NCBI GenBank assembly: GCA_963699755.1
Contig: CAVOVB010000005.1
Span: 32,001-96,000, forward strand
Length of the DNA: 64,000 bases
Direction of reading: 5' to 3'
DNA from: an uncultured delta proteobacterium
GTDB taxonomy: Bacteria > Myxococcota_A > Polyangia > Polyangiales > Houyiibacteriaceae
In this document: positions 31,693 to 41,078 of the stretch, in pieces
Layout of the letters: each line of letters starts with the position of its first letter
Numbering within the stretch: the first letter of the stretch is position 1
The notes under the pieces: model-generated
The model's input: the letters and a program-made list of their open reading frames with translations, nothing else
Database searches by the model: none
Told to the model about the DNA's origin: nothing
Translations under genes and position numbers: made by a program

Positions 31693-31750
31693 CACGTTGA
31701 TGGGGCCGGCGTCACAAGTCGACGGAAGGCCCGAGGCTCCTGTCTAGTTT

Positions 31751-34420
31751 CTAGTCCGGACAAGCGACGGTTCGACGTCGGCGCTTCGACCAGAGCAGAA
31801 GCGCCCCCACGAACAGCAGCAGTCCCAAGCGGTCTCCTTGGTGGAGGCGCGTTGCGCTGCATGCGAGACCCAGTCCCGAGGCTGCCGTGGCATCGCCATC
31901 ACGGGCCTTCGGAGCGGTCGCTTCACAACCCTCCGCAAAGGTCACGACGAGATCGAAGTCGCTCGGCACTGTGTTCTTGTCGTTCCCTTTGAACTCGACT
32001 TCGAGGGTACGGGTCTCCCCCAGGTCGAGCTGACGTTTCGTAATGTCGTCTTTGGTCCAGTCGTTCGGACCGATCGTCACGGACGGCCCCACCACGAGGT
32101 CGCTGTCGTCCGCCTTGTAGATGTCTCCGTCGAGCTTGACCTTCTTGATGAAGTCCAAAGACGACGGGAAGTCCAGCGTGAACGTCTCTAAGGTGGCAAT
32201 GCCGAAGGCGGAGTTGTTCGTGAGCTTCCACTTGATTTTGTCGTCCTCGAGCTTGTCGAGGACGATGCCCACGTCGCACGGCGGCGGCGGGAGCACGTCG
32301 ACGGTGACGGGGTTGCTCGTATCCAGACAGACCACGCCGGGAGCCCCGGTGCCGTCGACCGTGGCCACGTTGGTCGTCGTCTCGGAGATGAACGCCGACG
32401 CAATGAGGGTTTGGCTGTCGCCGGGCGCGAGCGAGTCGATGCCGCCGATGACGCCCAGCTGGTTGTCGTCAACGGTGATGTTGTCGACCGTTGCCGGCCC
32501 GTTGTTGGTGACCACGTAAGCATAGGTCACGTTGGATCCGAGTCCGAGACCATCGAGCAGGAGCAGCTCGTTGGCACCGTATCGGTCCCCTGCCTGGAGC
32601 GGCTGTGAGCACGAGGCGTGGAACTTGTTGAACTGGACGACGCCGTTCTGACCGAGCTCAATCTCGGGATCTCCCGACCGCGCCACATTGAAGGTCTCGC
32701 CCGGCTGGAGCTCGAACACGGGATCCCCGTTCACCGACACCAAGACCGGTAGGTCGGGATCGATGAATCCGCCTGTGCAGGTCACCTTGTCGGCCTTCTG
32801 GTCGTTGTCGCTGGCGCTGCAGTCACCACCGGCAACCCTGAACGTCAGGACGTCCGGCTTCTCGGGGAAGTCGCAGCTGGCGGGAATGGCGTTGAATGCG
32901 CAGAGCGTCTCGCCCCCTTCGTCGTCGACGGTGCAATCGAGCACGTCGCCGCTGTCGTCGACGAAGCCTTCGAGCAGCCACTGGTTGATGAAACCGGGGT
33001 CGCCCTTGCCATCGCCTTGGTCTTTGCCGCAGTCCCGTCCAACGGGAGAGACCTGCTCCTGGTCTTCGTTCGTCTCCGTCGCCCCGTCCATGTCTTTGTC
33101 GGAGCACGAGACGTGGAAGGTCGACTGACCGACACCCGCAATGTTGACGATGGTGTCGTTCGTCGAGCCGTCGGTAAAGAAGGTTACCGCGTCACCCGGG
33201 TTGGCGGACAACGCACTGCTATCGACGAGACCGTCGCCGATCGCGATGTCGATGGGACCGGCGCCATTCCAGATCACGGTGAACTCCTTGAGCTTCCCTT
33301 CGCACTTTGCATCCGCCGCAGATGGCGGAGGTGGCAGCGCACAGGTCTTGGCCACCTCGAGGCCGCAGGGCACCAGCATGCAGTCGTCGGTGCAGAGCGG
33401 ATCGTTGGGGTCGTCGCACTCTTCACCGTCGTTCACGATCCCATCGCCACAATAGGTGCAGTTGTCTCTGCAAGCGTTCTGGTTTCCGGGCGGTGTGTCG
33501 GGCACGCTCCCAGGCGGGTCACAGGTCTCGCCCAGGCCGGGATCAACCACGCCGTCGCCGCAGGACGGAACCAGCATGCAGTCGTCACTGCAGAGCGGAT
33601 CGTTGGGATCGTCGCACTCCTCGCCGTTGTTCACGATGCCATCGCCGCAGTAAGTGCAGTTGTCACGGCAGGCGTTCTGGTTTCCGGGCGGTGTGTCGGG
33701 CACGCTCCCGGGCGGGTCACAGGTCTCCCCAGGATCGACGATGCCGTCGCCGCAGAACGGCTCCTCCTCGCAGTTGAGGTACGCCACGTCCATCGACACC
33801 TCATCGCACTGTGCGACATTGGGGTCGCACGGCTCAATCGTGGTCGTCTCGGTCGCCTTGTTCCTCTTGATACCTGGCGTATCGCAGCGTTCGGGCTGAT
33901 CGAGGTTCTCGAAGCCGTCGTCGACCTGCGTCACGATCACGGTTTCCAGCGGCTGCAGAATCCCCGGTCCAGCGCTGCCTGGGATGAGTGCATCCGCTAT
34001 GCCGAGATCGGGATCGTCGATCTTGGTATCGACGCACAGCTTGTCGTCGAAGCAGTTCGTGACGATGAAACGGTATATCGCACCGCCCCCGACGGCCTGC
34101 GTGGGAGCGGAGGCCTCATCATCTGCGTCGAACCAGGTCGTGCCACCGTCGACGCTGACCTGCTTTCTGAAAGCCTCGCACACGCACCACAGCTCGTAAT
34201 CTTCGCAGCAATCATTGTACTGCAGACACAGGTCGTCGCAGAAGCAGCCCGCCGGGCTCTGCCCTCCGCAGAAACCCTCACAGGTCGGTTCCGTCGCTGA
34301 GGCCGTGAGCGGAGTTGCCAGCACGGTCGCGAGAATCGCGACCAGAGTAAATACGCGGCCGAGGGGATTCGTTCCGCTCGTGTGCCGCGCGTGTGTCTTG
34401 CTATCAATGTTGGAATACAT
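31751..34420 (-). CDS. large secreted Cys-rich surface protein
   Basis: Signal peptide; somatomedin-B-like CEGFCGG..CFCDDLC..YNDCCEDY; CGDG..GE.CD repeats; VTYAYVVTNNG domain; C-terminal Cys + TM + RRRR tail. Confidence 0.85.
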   Translation of the reverse strand: MYSNIDSKTHARHTSGTNPLGRVFTLVAILATVLATPLTASATEPTCEGFCGGQSPAGCFCDDLCLQYNDCCEDYELWCVCEAFRKQVSVDGGTTWFDADDEASAPTQAVGGGAIYRFIVTNCFDDKLCVDTKIDDPDLGIADALIPGSAGPGILQPLETVIVTQVDDGFENLDQPERCDTPGIKRNKATETTTIEPCDPNVAQCDEVSMDVAYLNCEEEPFCGDGIVDPGETCDPPGSVPDTPPGNQNACRDNCTYCGDGIVNNGEECDDPNDPLCSDDCMLVPSCGDGVVDPGLGETCDPPGSVPDTPPGNQNACRDNCTYCGDGIVNDGEECDDPNDPLCTDDCMLVPCGLEVAKTCALPPPPSAADAKCEGKLKEFTVIWNGAGPIDIAIGDGLVDSSALSANPGDAVTFFTDGSTNDTIVNIAGVGQSTFHVSCSDKDMDGATETNEDQEQVSPVGRDCGKDQGDGKGDPGFINQWLLEGFVDDSGDVLDCTVDDEGGETLCAFNAIPASCDFPEKPDVLTFRVAGGDCSASDNDQKADKVTCTGGFIDPDLPVLVSVNGDPVFELQPGETFNVARSGDPEIELGQNGVVQFNKFHASCSQPLQAGDRYGANELLLLDGLGLGSNVTYAYVVTNNGPATVDNITVDDNQLGVIGGIDSLAPGDSQTLIASAFISETTTNVATVDGTGAPGVVCLDTSNPVTVDVLPPPPCDVGIVLDKLEDDKIKWKLTNNSAFGIATLETFTLDFPSSLDFIKKVKLDGDIYKADDSDLVVGPSVTIGPNDWTKDDITKRQLDLGETRTLEVEFKGNDKNTVPSDFDLVVTFAEGCEATAPKARDGDATAASGLGLACSATRLHQGDRLGLLLFVGALLLWSKRRRRTVACPD
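33368..33755. repeat. intragenic tandem duplication, two copies of about 195 bp
   Basis: ETCDPPGSVPDTPPGNQNACRDNCTYCGDGIVN.GEECDDPNDPLC.DDCMLVP twice, near-identical DNA. Confidence 0.9.
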
Positions 34421-34800
34421 CGAGACTGTCTCCTTTCAGGGTATCAGTAACGAGCAAGCCGCGACGCTAACCGACCGCGCCTGATACGTGAAGTGACAAA
34501 TCAACCGGCAAGAACCAACTCTGCGAGATCACCATTTTCCGATTGCAGATCGGCAACGCCAAGCCCCAGACACGAGCTGTGAGATTCCAACGATCCAAAC
34601 AACTTAGGCCGCGAACCTGTTTCGAGTCTTGAATCTCGCACAGGGAGCACGTGCGAGCTCGACTGGATCTGAGCCAAGATCGAGATGACGGAGGACTCGC
34701 CGAATGGCGCTCGAGAGCACCCTTGCCCCGCATCGACATGTCAGTCGCTCAACCTGTACCGCTCACCCCAGGCGAGCACAAACATCTCGCCCGGCAGATG

Positions 34801-34904
34801 CTGATAGTCGATATAGACGCCCTCTCCGCTTCGCGTCTCCGGCGACTTAATATTCAGTACCGCGCAATTCGGCTCTCTGCTTGATCCCGATGGGCTAAGA
34901 GGCC
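34801..34904. repeat. 104-bp dispersed element, copy A
   Basis: 84/104 ungapped identity to 45415-45518; last 45 bp 43/45. Confidence 0.9.
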
Positions 34905-35050
34905 AGCCGACCGTTCAGCAACGATTTCGCTCCCATCGGCCGGCGGCTGCGCCGTGCGGTACGGCGGCGCGCCCATGTGTCTAGGCCAGGTCGAGACGGG
35001 GCGATTCTGGCCATTTGGCTAGAGCTTCAGAAAAAAGTGGCTCCTGGGCA

Positions 35051-35123
35051 TTGACGCACCGCCGCGCGTCTGTAAGAACCGTGCAGGCAAGAACTTGGAC
35101 AAGACCTAGACATGACTTAGACG
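35051..35123 (+). promoter_or_regulatory. sigma70-like promoter followed by a CarH-type tandem-repeat operator
   Basis: TTGACG (35051) ...TAAGAA (35073); TGGACA/TAGACA/TAGACG at 35096, 35107, 35118; then GGAGGA RBS. Confidence 0.7.
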
Positions 35124-35139
35124 GGTCGGAGGAGGAAAT

Positions 35140-35949
35140 ATGAAGGCTACTAATAAGTTTTGGTTCAGCATCGTAGCGGCGGCTGCCCTGGCGGTCAGCG
35201 GATGCTCGGATGACGATAACGGAGCTGGCAACGGCGGAACGGGTGGAATGCCTGTGATGACGGGCAACGTGACCGCCGTTCACCTTGCGCCTGAAGTGCC
35301 TACCGCTGAGAGCACCGAGGTTGCCCTTTTCGTGGACGGCGTAGAGGCGACCAACCTTGGGACTCTGGCGTACTCGCAGAGCACCGGCAAGATCCCGCTT
35401 CCAGTCGGCACCTACGACATCGGCATCGGAGTGCCGGGCGGCGACGCTCCGCTTCTCTCGCTGGACGGCGTCGAGGTGACTGAGACGACCGACCTCGTGG
35501 TCGTGGCGTACCGCACGAACGACGAGCTGCCGGTCAAGGTCTTTGTGTTCGACAACAGCACCGAGGGCCTCGAGGCTGGGAGCGGTCTCGTCTTCGTCGG
35601 TCACGGCGCAAACGACCCGGCGCTCGACCCGGTTGATATCTCGCTCGGCGAGGACCCGGAATGTTCGACGCTGATTCCCGGCTTCGTGTTCGGCACCACT
35701 GCGCCAGCAGACGGGCTTCCACTGCCGGAAGGTTCCTACCAGATCGGCTTCGACCTCACGCCGGATGACGAGAACGACTGCGCGGACTTCGGTCCCGTGC
35801 CGGTGCCGGTGAACCCGGACGTGGTTAGCATCCTCATCGCGGTCGACGAGAACACCTCCAACGACCCGGAGGAGTTGAACCCTGAGCTCTGGGCCATCAT
35901 CCCCGATGCAGACGATCCGCAACCGATTCGCACCATCCAGACGCAGTAG
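35140..35949 (+). CDS. DUF4397-domain lipoprotein
   Basis: VSGC lipobox; AVHLAPEVP...LFVDG...LAYSQSTG..PLPVGTYDI, and a second similar unit VGHGA..PALDPVDI. Confidence 0.8.
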   Translation: MKATNKFWFSIVAAAALAVSGCSDDDNGAGNGGTGGMPVMTGNVTAVHLAPEVPTAESTEVALFVDGVEATNLGTLAYSQSTGKIPLPVGTYDIGIGVPGGDAPLLSLDGVEVTETTDLVVVAYRTNDELPVKVFVFDNSTEGLEAGSGLVFVGHGANDPALDPVDISLGEDPECSTLIPGFVFGTTAPADGLPLPEGSYQIGFDLTPDDENDCADFGPVPVPVNPDVVSILIAVDENTSNDPEELNPELWAIIPDADDPQPIRTIQTQ

Positions 35950-35974
35950 CGCCGCGTCTGCGACTAACGCAGAG

Positions 35975-36011
35975 GGGCCGCTCCTTCCGGGGAGCGGCCC
36001 TTTTCTTTTTT
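35975..36011 (+). terminator. intrinsic terminator
   Basis: GGGCCGCTCC-loop-GGAGCGGCCC followed by TTTTCTTTTTT. Confidence 0.92.
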
Positions 36012-36226
36012 GGGAGTGGCACGCTGGCCGGTTTCCAGGTGACCGCCGGACTCAAGCCACCGATAGGGGCCGAGACTGGGTTGAAAAAGCGGGGCAGCCC
36101 CAACCGTGTGAGCAACTTCTGCCTCGCGCCGGTGATGGTCGATGGGGAGACGGACACCGTGTACGTTACGCTGCCATTGGCTTTGCGAGGCCAACCGGCA
36201 GCCCTGACATCGAGCTTCGCACCAAC

Positions 36227-37081
36227 TCAGGGCTGATACAGCTGGTCTATCTCCGAGTCTGACAAAGCGCGATTGTAGATGCGCACATCGTCTACGAGCC
36301 CGTCGAGGTAGGCTGGGTCGCCACTGATGATTTCCTCGAGGCCGATCCGCACGGGCTGGTCCGAGTCGACCTGAGCGGCCGCAAAGGTGTCGGATGCATC
36401 CTGCGTGCCGTTGATGAACAACTTCACGTCCGCACCGTCGTACACGACGCCAACGAATAGCCATTCCATCTCAGTCAGAGTGGTTTGCGAGTCCAATTCG
36501 TAGAGGCCTGGCCTGGGAAGGGTCAACCTGAGCTTGCCGCTCCTCACCGAAAGCACGAATGCGTCTCCACCGAAACCACCGGGTCCCCACTGACCGACAA
36601 TGCTCGCACTGGTGTTGTCATTCAGATAGATCCAGGCGGTTACCGTGAGCGGTTGATTGAAGTTGAAGTCTGCGCTGTCCGGGATCTCGATGTAGCCGCT
36701 TGTGCCGTCTAGTTGATAGGCGCTGTCGGCGCTCCCAAATCGATCCATAGCCAACGCGGCTCCGCCGACCGCGCTCCCATCATTGCCGTTTCCGCTTTCG
36801 TCCTGGGCATTGCCGCTGAAGGGATAGTAGGCCACGAGGCCGCTCGCGCCCGCTTGACCTCCTGCGCCGCCGATGCCGCCGATGCCACCCTGGCCCCCAG
36901 CGCCGCCGATGCCACCCTGGCCCCCAGCGCCGCCGATGCCACCCTGGCCGCCCGTGCCGCCGCTGCCAGCGCCACCCTCGCCGGCGGTGCCTCCATTACC
37001 GCCGTTTTCGGTGCTGGCGCAGCCTAGGCTCGCGAGCGCGAAGGAGAGTATGAACATTCGTGAAAGCCCTAGTCTCGTCAT
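36227..37081 (-). CDS. LamG/ConA-like jelly-roll lipoprotein with Gly-rich linker
   Basis: SLGC lipobox; GLVAYYPFSGNAQDESGNGNDG...DRFG...GLVDDVRIYNRALS; 27-bp tandem linker repeats. Confidence 0.88.
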   Translation of the reverse strand: MTRLGLSRMFILSFALASLGCASTENGGNGGTAGEGGAGSGGTGGQGGIGGAGGQGGIGGAGGQGGIGGIGGAGGQAGASGLVAYYPFSGNAQDESGNGNDGSAVGGAALAMDRFGSADSAYQLDGTSGYIEIPDSADFNFNQPLTVTAWIYLNDNTSASIVGQWGPGGFGGDAFVLSVRSGKLRLTLPRPGLYELDSQTTLTEMEWLFVGVVYDGADVKLFINGTQDASDTFAAAQVDSDQPVRIGLEEIISGDPAYLDGLVDDVRIYNRALSDSEIDQLYQP

Positions 37082-37141
37082 TTCTTCACTCCTTTGCTGC
37101 ACTCGCCGAGCAGCGAGTGCCGCTTGCGTTGTGTAGGTTGA

Positions 37142-37158
37142 AGCAAGTGACGTGCCAA
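37142..37158 (-). promoter_or_regulatory. sigma54 (-24/-12) promoter for the LamG gene
   Basis: Minus strand TTGGCACGTCACTTGCT, near-consensus, about 60 bp upstream of ATG. Confidence 0.8.
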
Positions 37159-37277
37159 GCGGAAGCGAGCGTTTCGCCGCCTCCTAGAGACTTGTGAGGC
37201 GCAAGTCCTGCGAATCTTCAACCACCGGCGCAGACCATGCGCAACGGGAAGCGAGACCTCGAGATCCGCGCTGACCG

Positions 37278-38005
37278 GTGCCGTCGATTTCGTGCCGAAT
37301 CGAGAGCCTGATTTCGCCCCAGCTCGTTGCGGAGATCAAAGAAGACCTGATTCCGCGCTTCGAATACGACTCCGGGCCCAACAATTTCGAGGGCTTCAGG
37401 ACGCAGCGGCTCTATGCGGCCTTCGAGAAATCGCTGGTGTGCAATCCACTGGTCGACCATCCGCTCATCCTCGGATGTCTCGACCGAATCTTCGAGCCCA
37501 ACTACCTGCTCTCGCAGCTTCAGGCGATCAACATCTTGCCCGGCGAAGTGCAGCAGCCCCTGCATCCCGACGATGCGTTCTACCGCGTGCCGCGCCCGCG
37601 GCCGCCGCTCGGAGCCGCGACGATTTGGGCCATCGACGACTTCACCAAGGAGAACGGCGCTACCGTGGTGATCCGAAGAGCCGCATCTGGGACGACCGCA
37701 TGCCGGGCGAGGCCGACCTCGCGGAGCTCAGGCCCGTCGTGATGCCCGCCGGGTCGGTGGTGCTTTTCGTCGGGACGCTTTGGCACGGCGGTGGCGCGAA
37801 CCGAAGCGACGCCGCGCGCCTTTGTGTATCGGCGCAGTGCTGCGCGCCATGGTGCCGCACGCAGGAAAACTACAGCCTGTCGCTCTCACGGGAAACCGTG
37901 AAGAAATGCAGCGAGCATATCCAACGGATGCTCGGCTACAGCATTCACGCGCCGTTCATGGGCTTCGTCGACGGGAAACACCCGCGCCGGCTGCGCGAGG
38001 ATTAG
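37278..38005 (+). pseudogene. phytanoyl-CoA dioxygenase (PhyH) family, 5'-eroded and frameshifted near 37673
   Basis: QPLHPDD, WAIDDFTKENGAT then frame change to MPAGSV...WHGGGANRS...RTQEN. Confidence 0.85.
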
Positions 38006-38091
38006 ACAGCCGTGAGAAACGCGCGTCGAGCGCTTCTGGCTTCATCACGGCCTAACGCTAGCATGTTGCCAACGTGGCTGGGGTCGCCAAG

Positions 38092-38685
38092 TCAGAGTCC
38101 TAGAAGCGAGTTGATGGAGTTGTTCGCCAAGGGCAGGGTGGCAAGGGTCGTACCCACCAAGAGCCCATAGAGGGCGATCCGGGTTCCGGTGGAGACAGGC
38201 TGTCCGCTCTTGGCGCGCCGATGGCAGAACCAGAACACGAGGGCAGCTGCCATGGCAGCCTCGATCAGGAACGCGAAGATCGGTGCTTGCACATACAAGG
38301 CCATGCCGATTGGCCCGACGCCTCGGATCACGTCATGTGGGTAGCCAACAACGAGGTCACAAACCTCGTGGAACAACACCAGACCCATGCACCAAAGGGC
38401 GATGACCGGTTTTCGCCAGATGAGCCAAGTGGCGACCCCGAAGACCGCCACCCAGCCTAGGACCGGGAGCACGTCATGACTGAGGAACATATTTGTCTTT
38501 ACGCTGCTGAATGCAACGCTGAAGGCGTCCTCGGGTTTCATCGTTTCGATGCCGAGCGTCACGAACGTCACCATGAGCACGTCCAGAAACTGCGCGGCCA
38601 GCAGAAAAAACCAAAACGGAACCGGGTGAGCCTTTCGAGTGAGCTCGTACGGCACGAGCGCCGTGGCGAAGTGTCCCGCGATCAT
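38092..38685 (-). CDS. membrane-bound metal-dependent hydrolase-like protein
   Basis: MIAGHFA...AQFLDV...SHD...FHEVCD spaced His/Asp between TM helices. Confidence 0.65.
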   Translation of the reverse strand: MIAGHFATALVPYELTRKAHPVPFWFFLLAAQFLDVLMVTFVTLGIETMKPEDAFSVAFSSVKTNMFLSHDVLPVLGWVAVFGVATWLIWRKPVIALWCMGLVLFHEVCDLVVGYPHDVIRGVGPIGMALYVQAPIFAFLIEAAMAAALVFWFCHRRAKSGQPVSTGTRIALYGLLVGTTLATLPLANNSINSLLGL

Positions 38686-38913
38686 GCCCGGTCTTCCCGG
38701 GCCATAACCCACGTCAGCGCCGCAAACATCGGAACGTAGATCGACCAGAGGAGTACTGTAGTGCTCACGAGTCGCCTCCCTGCCTCGGGGCCTTGTACCA
38801 TCAAACCCGGTCGAAACGGCCAATCAGAGGGAAATACGTGCCATCGACCCCTATTTTCTCAAAGCGCTGTCCGTCGCCAAATGGGAGCAGTGATGGTCAG
38901 GGCCGGACCGAAG

Positions 38914-39933
38914 TCACCGGCGAGAGAGCATGAAATAGTAGTGCTCGACGGGGTAGACTGCGGGTTTGCCTCGTGCGTCGAGGCAGGGGCGCGCGATCCC
39001 AGACGACAAACCCGAACGGCGGCGGGTTCTGCCTGCGACGGCCTTGAAGATGGGGCCGCTGTTCACTTCATCACAAGCGAGGCAGGCGTTCAAGCTCCCG
39101 TCGGGCAGCTTGTGCTTCGTGGGGAGCGTCGCAGTGCAAGTCCCCATGCACTTGTCGCGCGTGTTCTCGATGTTGAAGCTCCAGATCTGGGCGCAAGCAT
39201 CCGTGAAGCCGAGGTTCTTCAGGCAATTGAATTGCGTCTTGTCGCCGAACATCCCTTGCATGCCGCACCGGCGCCCGGCGCGGTTGAGGTTTCTTCGTTC
39301 GATGTAGGTGGCGAGGTCCTGAAACGAGGAGCAGGCCCCGCAACGGCCGCGATGGGTCACCTGAGCCCCCGCCGCGCGTGCCGCTCGTTCCGTTGGGAAC
39401 GTTTTGAGACGGTAGGTGCGTGCTGCTGGGCTCGCATCGACGGGGATGGCGGCGCAGTACGCCGGAGGGTCATCGCGCTCCTGGGGTGGTTCGACGAAGG
39501 GATCGGCCGGGAGCAGCGACGCCGGATTGAGGAGCCTCCAGCTGCGTAGCGCATGAGCGTCGTGTTCGTCGTACTCGGGCTCTGAAAACTCGAAGAAACC
39601 ACACTTGCACGAGGGAGCACAGCGCGGATCCGACTCCGATTGTGCCTCCGTGGAGCAGAAGAGGGTCGCGCAGGCTTGGTTCGCTTCACTCACGTGGCCG
39701 GGAGACCCAGGTGGGGCGCCGCCCCGCACTCCGCAGCCCGCCGACAACGGCACTACGGTTGTGGAGAGCACGCACAGCATCGCGTTTCGAGCCAAGGACC
39801 TGGGTTCTTGGCCCGCCATCTGTCCTAGAACCACGCTCGATTCTCCCGGTGCTTCGTCCTCGACGCAAGTGGACGACCCAGCGACCGACGGCTGCGCACA
39901 CTCGTTCAGGTCGGCTAGTCGACGCGTGCTCAT
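38914..39933 (-). CDS. Cys-rich secreted hypothetical protein (start uncertain, perhaps 39780)
   Basis: HRGRCGACSSFQDLATY...CAQIW...CLACDEVNSGPIF..VAGRTRRRSG; possible SAGC lipobox. Confidence 0.7.
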   Translation of the reverse strand: MSTRRLADLNECAQPSVAGSSTCVEDEAPGESSVVLGQMAGQEPRSLARNAMLCVLSTTVVPLSAGCGVRGGAPPGSPGHVSEANQACATLFCSTEAQSESDPRCAPSCKCGFFEFSEPEYDEHDAHALRSWRLLNPASLLPADPFVEPPQERDDPPAYCAAIPVDASPAARTYRLKTFPTERAARAAGAQVTHRGRCGACSSFQDLATYIERRNLNRAGRRCGMQGMFGDKTQFNCLKNLGFTDACAQIWSFNIENTRDKCMGTCTATLPTKHKLPDGSLNACLACDEVNSGPIFKAVAGRTRRRSGLSSGIARPCLDARGKPAVYPVEHYYFMLSRR

Positions 39934-40075
39934 GGGGTCAACTAGTGACCGACTTCGTTCGGCGCGCGTCCCACATACGTTCGAGCGATCGCGACACTAT
40001 TGCAGAGACGCGAAGCTCTGCGAGTTGTGAGAGCCATTCGGAATACCGTCCACGCTCACCCCCGAGATCACTTCA

Positions 40076-40125
40076 GTGTGAGGAACAGGGCTCAAACCTG
40101 CACGTCCAAAGGACACTGGAACCTA
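40076..40125 (-). pseudogene. degenerate 3' half of tRNA-Leu(TAG), probable att-site relic
   Basis: Minus strand TAGGTTCCAGT-GTCCTTTGGAC-GTGCAGGTTTGAGCCCTGT-TCCTCACAC: anticodon, variable arm, T-arm, acceptor strand; no 5' half or CCA. Confidence 0.7.
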
Positions 40126-40251
40126 TACGGACGCAAGGCGCCCTGCTTTCCTCGAATTCACTAAGGGAAAGATACCTCAGCAGACGTCCCGGGAAGCGGT
40201 TCAAAGACCCATTCGGGACAAGTTGTGGCAGGCGCAAGCGACGTCGTGACC

Positions 40252-40665
40252 ATGTCCGAGGTGCGTGCTTGCGCCAAGGCGCTCGTGCCGCGCGTTGCTG
40301 CGGGTGGCGAAATCCCGATCGCTTCGCTGCGTGAGCTCGGCAACCTGGTGCTGCGCTCCGAGCTGATTGCCCTCAGCCGGCAGTTGCTCGACAGGCCGCC
40401 CGAGTTTGCCGTGAGGCGCACACTTGAGCTGGCGAGCTTGGTGTTGAACGTCCGAGTCGTTGGAGATAGATTTCGAGGAGGCAAACGAAAGCGACGGGTG
40501 AAGCGCGCGCAGCCTCTGAAAATGTCTACTCGCTCGGTGTTGCTTGCCAGTTGCCCATGCAGGTGCCGCCAGAGACAACCCCGACTTCTGCCTCGCCAAA
40601 TGCTCAGCTCCCATCGATGGTCCCGCGAATCACCCAGTACCCCGCGAGGCCGCCCTGTTCATTAA
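40252..40665 (+). CDS. small hypothetical helical protein beside the att relic (3' part probably read-through)
   Basis: MSEVRACAKALV...LRELGNLVLRSELIALSRQLLD..PEFAVRRTLELASLVL. Confidence 0.4.
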   Translation: MSEVRACAKALVPRVAAGGEIPIASLRELGNLVLRSELIALSRQLLDRPPEFAVRRTLELASLVLNVRVVGDRFRGGKRKRRVKRAQPLKMSTRSVLLASCPCRCRQRQPRLLPRQMLSSHRWSRESPSTPRGRPVH

Positions 40666-40790
40666 CGAGCTCGAACATCCCGTCGACGATGGAGATCTCC
40701 TCGGTCGTCAGAAACCCGCCCTCGCACATGTCGGTGTCGAACTCGACCGCGAAAGAGTACGTCGGATCGGTGGAACACGTGCTGCCCGGA
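40526..40790 (-). pseudogene. C-terminal remnant of a beta-rich protein with an internal stop
   Basis: Hand translation PGSTCSTDPTYSFAVEF...ISIVDGMFEL...IRGTIDGS*AFGEAEV...TCMGNWQATP. Confidence 0.45.
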
Positions 40791-41078
40791 CTCGAGAGAG
40801 TCGGCCCGGGCGAGGTGCTGGGCTGGTCATGGCTGTTCCCACCGCACGAGTGGTACTACAGCGCACGCGCCGTCCGGGAGACGAAGGCCATCGCTCTCGA
40901 CGCTCGTCGCCTGCGGGAAAGAATCGAGCGCGACCCGGGTCTCGGATACGAGCTGATGAAACGCTTCTCGGCGATCATGCTCAATAGACTAGAAGCCACC
41001 CGCATGCAGCTGATGGACATCTACGACATGTTCAGCCCAAGCCAACGGCTGAGCAAGCCCGCCCCGACCCGCCTCTGA
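40791..41078 (+). pseudogene. 5'-truncated cyclic-nucleotide-binding domain protein
   Basis: GPGEVLGWSWLFPPHEW..SARAV...DPGLGYELMKRF...RLEATRMQLMDIY. Confidence 0.8.

Noticed and set aside
30827..31747. Intact 306-aa transposase
   Set aside because: Only the first ~87 codons are transposase; the rest is out-of-frame read-through after the deletion
34801..34904. Integron attC site
   Set aside because: Lacks RYYYAAC/GTTRRRY boxes, and the integrase shows no IntI features I can recognise
36860..36960. 27-bp tandem repeats (also the GC-rich repeats at 56520-56740) as a CRISPR or regulatory array
   Set aside because: No spacers; they encode Gly-rich lipoprotein linkers
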